NCBI GenBank assembly: GCA_028826165.1
Contig: JAPDFW010000087.1
Location: 257,526 to 321,525, forward strand
Length of the DNA: 64,000 nucleotides
Reading direction: 5' to 3'
DNA from: Anaeramoeba ignava BMAN
Lineage: Eukaryota; Protista; Anaeramoebae
The position numbers and the translations under genes were made by a program. Of the stretch, positions 36,201 through 46,700 are shown piece after piece. Every line of letters begins with the position of its first letter. Position 1 is the stretch's first letter. Under the pieces are notes generated by a model that saw nothing but the letters and a program-made list of their open reading frames with translations, was not told where the DNA came from and made no database searches.

Positions 36201-38585
36201 GCAAACGTTCCATAAGGCGTTTATGACAACACAAGATAGTTATCCCCTTTTGAAACAGGATATGTCCAAATCTCGCAACAGCAGCATAGTGATGGATCTA
36301 CGAAACGCGCAGAAATCGCGAATCAGAAAAATTGAATGTTCAGAAATTGACAAAATTTTTCCGTTGAGAATTTTGCTTTCACATACAGATGATACTAACA
36401 ATATCGAAAACTATACAGAGTTAATTGATGACTATTCCAAAAATAGGATCATCTCTCGAAACTTAATTTCCCTTGGGTTCTGTTTGTATGCCCATAATAT
36501 TACATTCGAATTCACTTGGCCTGAGATTTGTGAGAAACGTGAAGATATTTCTGCAAAATATGAAAATGTTTTTAAGTATATTCTCAAGCATCCTGATATC
36601 AAGCAAGTTGTTCTTTTTTCGATTCTTTCCAAGATTGGATCAAAAAACAATATTAAAGAGCAAAATGGTGTTGTCCAAAAAATCGAAAACACTGACAAAA
36701 AAGAAATTATCACTCAAGATGATCTTCTTTCTGGATATGAAATGTTTGAGGCCATATTCAAAACAACTTCAACTAGCGCTCCAAATACTATTCCTCTTGA
36801 AAATGAATTCGAGAAAAAATTGCTTTCAGAAGTCATTCCTCCAGACAGAACTGGTGTTTCTTTTCAAAATATTGGTGCTCTTGAAAATGTTAAGCAACTT
36901 CTTTCTGAACTTGTTATTTATCCCTTAACAATGCCAAATCTTTTTAAACGTGGGAATCTTTTACGACCTTGCAAAGTAATTATTTATAAATATTTTTAAA
37001 AATTATTTACAAATATTTAATTTTGAAAATTATTTACAAATATTTAATTTTAAAAATTTATTTACAAATATTTAATTTTAAAAATTATTTACAAATATTT
37101 AATTTTAAAAATTATTTATAAATATTTAATTTAAAAATTTATTTACAAATATTTAATTTTAAAAATTATTTATAAATATTTAAATTTTAAAAATTTATTT
37201 ATAAATATTTAATCTTAAAATTATATTTACAAATATTTAATTTTAAAAATTATTTACAAATATTTAATCTTAAAAATTTATTTACAAATATTTAATTTTG
37301 AAAATTATTTATAAATATTTAATTTTAAAATTTATTTACAAATATTTAATTTTAAAAATTTATTTACAAATATTTGATTTTAAAATTTATTTACAAATAT
37401 TTAATTTTGAAAATTTATTTACAAATATTTAATTTTAAAATTAGGGAATTCTTCTTTATGGTCCTCCTGGAACTGGAAAAGTAATTTAATTTTTTTATTA
37501 TTTATTAAAATTTTCTATTATTTATAAATTTTTCTATTATTAAATAGACAATGTTAGCAAAAGCAGTAGCAACAGAAACAAAAGCAAATTTCCTCAATGT
37601 TTCAATGAGTTCAATTAGTTCTAAATGGTTTGGAGAAGGAGAAAAATATGCAAAATCTGTTTTTACATTAGCAAGAAAATTGTCTCCCTGTATCATCTTC
37701 ATAGATGAAGTTGATGCTGTTTTAAGTAAAAGAGAAAAAAATGAACATGAAGCAACTCGAAGAATTAAAAATACTGTAAAAAATTAAAATTAAAAATTAA
37801 AATTAAAATTAAAATTTGAATTAAAACTAAATCGGATAAAAATTAAAAATTAAAAATTAAAATTTGAATTAAAACTAAATCGGATAAAAATTAAAATTAA
37901 AAATAAAATTAAAATTTAAAATAAAAATTAAAACTAAATCGGATAAAAATTAAAATTTAAAATTTAAAATTAGTTCATGGAAATGTGGGATGGATTAACA
38001 ACTAATGAATTTGAAAGAGTACTCGTTCTTGCAGCAACAAATCGACCATTTGATTTAGATCCAGCAGTATTACGAAGATTTTCTCGAAAAATATTTGTAG
38101 ATTTCCCAGATGTAAAAAATCGGGAAAAAATTTTAAGAGTGATTCTTGCACCTGAAGATATTGAAGATTCATTTGATTATCCAAGTTTGGCATCAAAAAC
38201 AGAAAATTATACAGGTTCAGATTTAAAAAATCTTTGCATAACTGCTGCTTATCAACCTATTAGGGAACTTCTTTTCAATGAGAATCAAAATAGAACACAA
38301 GAATTTATTCAACAAAATGATAAACAAGAAATCGAATTAGTTTTTAGTGACCAAAAAATTACTCTCCCTAAAAGTTTAATTGTCAAATTCTTTAATCAAC
38401 TCAAACAAAAGAATGATCCAAAAAATCAAATTAAATTAAGACAACTTTGTTTCAATGATTTTCTTTTAGCTATGAAGGAAGTTACACCAAGTTTATCTCC
38501 TGATTCAAATTCAATATTAGCTTTAAGAAAATGGAATAAAATGGCTGGTGATTCTGCGGAGAAACTTGTTAATTACTACATTTGA
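33245..38585 (+). CDS. TLDc + FHA-like + degenerate AAA + active AAA ATPase (ATAD1/MSP1-related, plant FHA-AAA type), 5 exons
   Basis: Exons 33245-34445 (two A-run frameshifts near 33425 and 33563 in an EK/EN tract), 34591-36975, 37445-37480, 37548-37775 and 37974-38585. TLDc motifs (FYQKC..LIVIQ..IIGGYSRVGW..DNGSFLF..YEVF). Degenerate first AAA module (ILALVG..QIELA..ANFFLFD; GSDIGGLC..GF). Walker A GPPGTGKT, Walker B IFIDEVD, and AATNRPFDLDPAVLRRF. Confidence 0.88.
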
Positions 38586-38589
38586 TTTT

Positions 38590-38875
38590 CTTAAATTCAA
38601 ATTTTCTTTAGATTCGAATTTCCTTGATTCAAATTTTCTTTGATTCAAATTTTCTTAAATTCAAATTTTCTTTGATTCAAATTTTCTTAAATTCAAATTT
38701 TCTTTGATCCAAATTTCCTTAATTCACAAGATTTCTTAAATTCAAATTTTCTTTGATTCAAATTTTCTTAAATTCAAATTTTCTTAAATTCAAATTTTCT
38801 TAAATTCAAATTTCTTTTGATTCAAATTTTCTTAAATTCAAATTTTCTTAAATTCAAATTTTCTTAAATTCAAAA
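38590..38875. repeat. 16-bp minisatellite (TTAAATTCAAATTTTC) immediately after the AAA stop codon
   Basis: Visible array. Confidence 0.9.
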
Positions 38876-39091
38876 TTTTCTTTCTTTTTCTTTCTTTTTC
38901 TTTCTTTTTCTTTCTTTTTCATTTCCTTTTTCTTTTTCATTTCCTTTTTCATTTCCTTTTTCATTTCAATTTCAATTTCAATTTCAATTTCAATTTCAAT
39001 AAATTTCGTTCTTTTCTTTCAATTTTTTTTCTAAAACAAAAAATCATTTTTCTCAATTCAAAAACAAAAAATTAAAAATTAAAACACAAAC

Positions 39092-41725
39092 ATGAAAGTT
39101 ACGAAAATCATAATAATATTAAGCATAATAATTTTAGTAAAAGGACAATTTCGACGAGTGAACTTACATTTAGTAAACAAATTAGAATTTTCAAAAAATC
39201 AATGGACAAATTCACGTCGAACACCAACGGTTCCACAGTTAAACTGCCTACCAAGATTTGGGAATGCAGGATGCCCTTTAGAAATGATTCCAGATAAAGT
39301 CGAGTGTGTTAATGATGGTGTTGATTCTTATGGAGAAGTTGCTTGGTTATGTTCTGCTGAACTTGATGATAGAGTTGCTTTTTCAGCTATTGGTGTGGAA
39401 TGTGAAGGTTTTGATTTTCCTGGTGATAAATTTGTTTTGGAAAAAAGTTGTGCTTTAACTTTTGGTCTTGATTGGGTAATTTTTAATTAAAATTAAAATT
39501 AAAATTAAAATTAAAATTAAAATTCATTTATAAAATTAAAATTAAAATTAAAATTAAAATTTAAATTAAAATTAAAATTAAAATTAAAATTAATATTAAA
39601 ATTAAAATTAAAATTAAAATTAAAATTTAAAATTAAAATTAAAATTAAAATCAAAATTAAAATTAAAATTAAAATTAAAATTATAATTAATATTAATATT
39701 AAAATTAAAATTAAAATTAAAATAAAATTAAAATTCAAAATTAAAATTAAAATTAAAATTAAAATTAAAATTAAAATTAAAATTAAAATTAAAATTAAAA
39801 TTAAAAATAAAATTAAAATTAAAATTAAAATTAATATTAAAATTTAAATTAAAATTAAAATTAAAATTAAAATTAAAATTAAAATTAAAATTAATATTAA
39901 AATTAAAATTAAATTAAATTTAAAATTAAAATTAAAATTAAAATTAAAATTAAAATTAAAATTTAAATTAAAATTCATTTATAAAATTAAAATTAAAAAT
40001 TAAAATTAAAATTAAAATTAAAAATTAAAATTAAAATTAAAATTAAAATCAAAATTAAAATTAAAATAAAAATTCATTTATAAAATTATAATTAAAATAA
40101 AAATTAAAATTAAAATTAAAATTCATTTATAAAATTAAAATTAAAATTAATATTAAAATTAAAATTAAAATTAAAATTAAAATTAAAATTAAAATTAAAA
40201 TTAAAATTAAAATTAAAATTAAAATTAAAATTAAAATTAAAATTAAAATTAAAATTAAAATTAAAAATTAAAATTAAAATTAAAATTAAAATTAAAATTA
40301 AAATTAAAATTTAAAATTAAAAATTAAAATTAAAATTATAATTAAAATTTAAAGACAGAAGCTATGAATTTATATGGAGCAGTAGAAGATCAATCAGCAT
40401 TTTATCTTGAACCAGGAAAAGTGATGCATTTTTACTCTAATCAGTATACACAATCGAAGCGAACAAAACAAATACCTCAATTAAATTGTTATGGAGGGAA
40501 TGCAGGATGTCCAAATGAATTTTTACCTGATTCTGCTTCATGCAAAGTAACAGGATATGATTCTGAACACAATAACTTTCTTTGGGATTGTAGCGCTGTT
40601 CTCAATGAAAATTTGGATCTTGGTAACTCTTTTGTTTCTTGTGAAGGATTTCGTGGTCCAAATGATCATTATATCCTTAAAGGAAGCTGTGGTTTTTTCT
40701 ATGAATTGAATTATTTTGATGTATTATCTCTCTTTACAGATTTATATTTATATTTATATTGATATTTATATTTATATTTATATTTATATTTATATTTATA
40801 TTTATATTTATATTTATATTTATATTTATATTTATATTTATATTTATATTTATATTTATATTTATATTTATATTTATATTTATATTTATATTTATATTTG
40901 GATAGATTTATATTTATATTTATATTTATAGATTTTATTTATATTTAGATTTATATTTATATTTATATTTAGATTTATATTTAGATTTATATTTATATTT
41001 AGATTTATATTTAGATTTATATTTATATTGATATTTATATTTATATTTATATTTATATTTATATTTATATTTATATTTATATTTATATTTTTTATTTATA
41101 TTTATAGCAAAATACACAATTACTCCATAAAATCTCAGCATTAAAATTCAATGCAAACACAAAAACACAACCAAAAAAAGAACGGCAACAACAACAATTA
41201 CAATGCAAAGGATATTGTCCCAAATCCGATATTCCAACAGAAATAACATGTTATAATTTAAATCATCAAACAGAAGAAAAAAGAGAATCCAACTGGTATT
41301 GTGAAGGAAACGGAAATCCACTTTATGTTATTGATAACCCCAAAATAACATGCGAAAAAATTGGCACTTCTTTTTCTTTTCTCCCTTCTTGCTTTCTTGA
41401 ATATGATTTTGTTCAATTCAATCCAGATGTCAAAATTCCCAACTTTGGTTATCATAGACAAAGAATAAATCAAAATAATCCCCCAAATCAAAGTTCTCAA
41501 AATGTCTCATTTTTCGTTATTCTTGTTATTATTATTGTTTTAATTGCTTGTTGTTGTTCGTTTGCAAGAAAATCTTCAAACTCAAAAAAAGATCTAAACT
41601 CAAGTTCTCCTTCTTATACACCTTTACCAAATGATGACCAAAATGATCAAAATGTTGTTTCTCATTCTGAAGCAAAAACTTTTAATCGAGAAGAAATTCC
41701 TCATCAAAAGAAAAACTCAAGTTAG
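39092..41725 (+). CDS. SARAF: Type I membrane protein with three tandem SARAF-like (DUF1183) luminal domains, 3 exons
   Basis: Exons 39092-39475, 40355-40720 and 41108-41725 with phase-0 GT-AG introns. Signal peptide. Exons 1 and 2 show the SARAF pattern (T.SRR..PQL.C..G.AGC....P....C...G.D....W.C...L.......V.CEG...D..L..SC...Y.L). Exon 3, missed by the ORF track, keeps the same Cys/Trp spacing and is followed by a TM helix and a short tail. Confidence 0.85.
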
Positions 41726-41931
41726 AGTTACAACAATAAGAAAGTGAACAATCCAATTTATTCAATTTTTTTTTTTGCTTTTTTTTCAATTTCCCAAAAT
41801 CTCAAATTTAATTAATTAATTAATTAATAAAAGCAATTTAAGTTAATTTAAAAAAAAAAGTTTTGAAAAAATATAATTTTCATTTTTATTCTCCTTTTCT
41901 TCTTTTTATTATTTGATTTATTTTATTTAAA

Positions 41932-42593
41932 ATGAGTTCAGGTTTTTAATTTAATTTTTATTGGTTTTTAAATTTTAAATTTTAAATTTAAATTTAAATT
42001 TTTAAATTTTAAATTAGATTTTTGGTGTGTTTTTGGTTGCTCAACATTAGTTTGTGCAGCTGTTGTTGTTCCTTCTCTTTCTGTTGCTTCTTTAGATAAG
42101 GATTTAGTAAACAAAATAAAAAAAGCAAAAAAATTTTTTGTTTTTATATTTATTTAAAAAAATAAAAAAATCTAAATTATAAAAAAACAGGATTGTCCTC
42201 AAAATCTTTGGACTTGGATTATAATTTGCAATATCTTTTTAATACTTTTAACTATTATTCCTCCACTCCTTTTATTGGGTTTTTCTGATCATTTATATGT
42301 TTCATTTATTGGAACTTTTTTTATTTCAAGTTTTCTTTTAATTTGGTCAATTATTGGATTTGTTTGGGCTTCAAAAAATGGAGTTGTAAAAGAATAAAAG
42401 AAAATAAAAGAAAATATTTAATTTATATTTAATTTAATTTTAATAAAAAAAATAGAAAAATGAATGTGGAAGACTTTTTGGAATAACAATTGCAGATGGA
42501 GTAATTTCTCTTGTTTTTTCTTCTTTACTTTCATTTTGTTTTTTTTTCATTGCTGCTTGTTTGGGTCCTGGAATGTCTGGTCTTGGTCATTAA
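41932..42593 (+). CDS. Small 4-TM membrane protein (TMEM272-like pattern), copy A, 4 exons
   Basis: Exons 41932-41941, 42018-42106, 42191-42385 and 42456-42593 give MSSDFWCVFGCSTL...DCPQNLWTWII...WSIIGFVWA...ECGRLFG...; all introns GT-AG. Confidence 0.75.
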
Positions 42594-42785
42594 AAAATAA
42601 TTTTACTTTTTTTTTAAATCAAAAAAAAAAGTGGAACAAAATTAATTTATTCCTTTTTTCTTTAAATTCGAAATTAATTAATAAAAGCAATTTAAGTTAA
42701 TTTAAAAAAAAAGTTTTAAAAGAAATATAATTTTCATTTTTATTCTCCTTTTCTTCTTTTTATTATTTGATTTATTTTATTTAAA

Positions 42786-43434
42786 ATGAGTTCAGGTTTT
42801 TAATTTAATTTTTATTGGTTTTTAAATTTTGATTTTAAATTTAAATTTAAATTTTTAAATTTTAAATTAGATTTTTGGTGTGTTTTTGGTTGCTCAACAT
42901 TAATTTGTGCAGCTGTTGTTGTTCCTTCTCTTTCTGTTGCTTCTTTAGATAAGGATTTAGTAAACAAAATAAAAAAAAAGCAAAAAAATTTTTTGTTTTT
43001 ATCTTTATTTAAAAAAATAAAAAAATCTAAATTATAAAAAAACAGGATTGTCCTCAAAATCTTTGGATTTGGATTATAATTTGCAATATCTTTTTAATAC
43101 TTTTAACTTATATCCCTCTCTTCCTTTTTTTTGCTTATAAAAATAAACAAATTATTCCATTTATTGGAGCTTTTTTTATTTCAAGTTTTCTTTTAATTTG
43201 GTCAATTATTGGATTTGTTTGGGCTTCAAAAAATGGAGTTGTAAAAGAATAAAAGAAAATGAAAGAAAATATTTAATTTAAATTTTAATTTAATTTTAAT
43301 AAAAAAAATAGAAAAATGAATGTGGAAGACTTTTTGGAATAACAATTGCAGATGGAGTAATTTCTCTTGTTTTTTCTTCTTTGCTTTCTTTTTTTTCATT
43401 TCTTTATTATATGTGTTTAAATCCTACTGCATAA
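42786..43434 (+). CDS. Small 4-TM membrane protein, tandem paralogue (copy B), 4 exons
   Basis: Near-identical copy of the upstream region, exons and introns of 41932..42593, offset by 854 bp; open frame to TAA at 43432-43434. Confidence 0.75.
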
Positions 43435-43707
43435 GATCTTAGTCATTAAAAATTAAATTAAATTATTTTTAAATTTATTTTTATTTTTATTTAATCAAAA
43501 AAAAGTGGAACAAAAAAAAATTTTTTTTGCTTTTTTTTTTTCAATTTAAAGTTTTTTTTATTCATCAAAAACTCAAAATAAAAGAAAATAAAATTAAAGA
43601 AAATAAAATGAAAAGAAAATAAAATTAAATTGTAATAAATTTTAACAAGAAAAAATCAAAATAAAAAATAAAGAAAGAAAGAATTTATTTTGATTATCTT
43701 TTTTTTT

Positions 43708-46700
43708 TTAACTTCTCCAATATTGAGCCCATTGATGAATTGTTTCAACAACGATAGGAAAAAGAGCACGAACTGATTGGTCAATAACATCCGAAATAAA
43801 TTCTGAAGCTTCTTTCTCACTAAGATCTAATCTAAATTTTTCTTGAACCTTAAATCAAAATTAAAATTAAAATTTATTTATAAAATTAAATTTAAAATTA
43901 AAATTAAAATAAAATTAAAATTTAAAATCGGATAAAAAATTAAAATTAAAATCGGATAAAAAATTAAAATTAAAATTAAAATTAAAATAAAATTAAAATT
44001 AAAATCAAAATTAAAATTTAAAACAACAATTAAAATTTAAAATTTAAAATCGGATAAAAAAATAATTACTTTAAGAATACAACCAACTGAATCTCTTGCT
44101 AAATCAGGTAAATTACAATCAATCATAAGTGAAAGTAAATTGATAATTAAATGAGCGGATTTTCTTAGAGTATTATAAGCTGAAATAGATAAAATTTTAA
44201 AATATTGATAATGTGAACTTCTCATTCCCATCATTGCATCAATCATTTCTTTACATACTTTCATTGGAGGTGGATATGGTTTAGGATCATTTCCAAGAAT
44301 ATAACCAAAATCAATATGTAAAAATCTTCCATCTGGTGCAATTAATAAATTATCAAAATGCCGATCTCCAATACCAAGTAAGAAAGTAATTACAGAATAA
44401 CCAGCTTATATATTTATTTTGAATTAAATATTTTGAATTAAATATTTTGAATTAAATATTTTGAATTAAATTGAATTAAATATTTTGAATTAAATATTTT
44501 GAATTAAATTATTTTGAATTAAATATATTTTGGATTAAATTAAATATTTTGAATTAAATATTTTGAATTAAATTGAATTAAATATTTAGGATTAAATATT
44601 TTGAATTAATATATTTAGAATTAAATATTTTGGATTAAATTATTTTTGGATTAAATATTTTGAATTAAATATTTTGAATTAAATTAAATATATTTTGGAT
44701 TAATTATTTTGAATTAAATTGAATTAAATATTTTAAGTTAAATAAATATTTTGAATTAAATATTTTGAATTATATATTTTGAATTAAATTATTTTGAATT
44801 AAATATTTTGAATTAATTATTTTGAATTAAATTAAATATATTTTGAATTAAATATTTTTGAATTAAATATTTTGAATTAAATTAAATTAAATATATTTTG
44901 AATTAAATATTTTGAATTGAATATTTTGAATTAAATATATTTTGGATTAAATTAAATATTTTGGATTAAATTAAATTAAATATTTTGAATTAAATTGAAT
45001 TAAATATTTTGAATTAAATAAATATTTTGAATTAAATTAAATTAAATATATATTTTGAATTAAATATCTTTAATTACCACAAGATTTGACATAATTATTC
45101 ATTAATGTTGGACTAAATCCAAAACCAGAGCCATCATCTGGACTAATACTTCTAAAATATTCAGAAATTTTTCCATATTTTGCCAAAATAAAAGATAAAG
45201 GTTTTGCATTTACAAATTCAACAATTCCAGATTTTTGGCTTGTTGGCAGAACTTTATAAGGAGTTAATTTAAGATCAAGATTTTCTTTTTTCAATAAATT
45301 ATCCATTAAAGTGATTAATTGAATTACCAAGTTATCTTGTCTTGTATCATCACCAGATTTGAAAATGATTTTATAATTTGAATTTGAAAGTGTTTGAAAA
45401 GATATTTTAATCGGATTTAGTGCGCTTTTATAAATATGAAGCTCATCAACTAATATTGAATTTACAATAATCATTGGATCAACTGGTAAAGGCAAATCTT
45501 CGAAATTTGCCAAATGATTAAATTGTTCTCCTTTTTCAAATTGATTTTTTAAAAACACTATTTTCTTTTCACGTGATTTTTTCATTGAAGAAATTTTTTC
45601 AATCATTTCAATAAGATTTTGAACTAAAAATTCTTGGCGCTCAATAACTGATAATATTTCTTTTCCTAATGGAGATTCCAAGCATTGTTTAACAAATTCT
45701 TGTTGTATATTTGCGAAAATTTGGAAATTTTTATCATTTCTTTCTACCCAAACATACCAATAGAAATAATTAGCAAATAGTTTATTTTTTTTTGCTTTGT
45801 TTATTAAAAATTGAACAAGTGGAGATTGGTGTGATTCTTCATATCTCATTCCTTGAACAAGTTGTAATAGGTAAAAGATCAATTCCTGTTGGATATATTT
45901 ATTTATTGAATTGATTTGGATATATTTATTTATTTGAATATTTTTGAATTGAATATATTTATTTATTGATTTGAATATTTATTTATTGATTTGAATATAT
46001 TTATTTTTGATTTGAATATTTATTTATTGATTTGAATTGATTTGAATATATTTGAATTGATTTGAATATATTTATTTTTGATTTGAATATTTATTTATTG
46101 ATTTGAATATTTATTTATTGATTTGAATATATTTATTTATTGAATTGAATATATTTATTTTTGATTTGAATATTTTTGATTTGAATATTTTTGAATTGAT
46201 TTGAATATTTATTTATTGATTTGAATATATTTATTTATTTATTTGAATATATTTATTTATTTATTTGAATATATTTATTTATTGATTTGAATATTTTTGA
46301 ATTGATTTGAATATTTATTTATTGATTTGAATTGATTTGAATTGAATATTTATTTATTGATTTGAATATATTTATTTTTGATTTGGATATTTATTTGAAT
46401 ATATTTATTGATTTGAATTTATTTATTATTGATTTGAATATTTATTTATTTTTGATTTGAATATTTATTTATTTTTGATTTGAATATATATTTATTTATT
46501 GATTTGAATATATATTTATTTATTGATTTGAATATATATTTATTTATTGATTTGGATATTTATTGATTTGAATATTTTTACATCATCTGGTAATTCGCTT
46601 AATTTATTAACTGCAAATTCTCTTATTTTTGTATCAGTAAAGTTTTTAGATAATAATTCAAGAATTGTTACAACATCAATTGTTTCCCATTCTTCTATCA

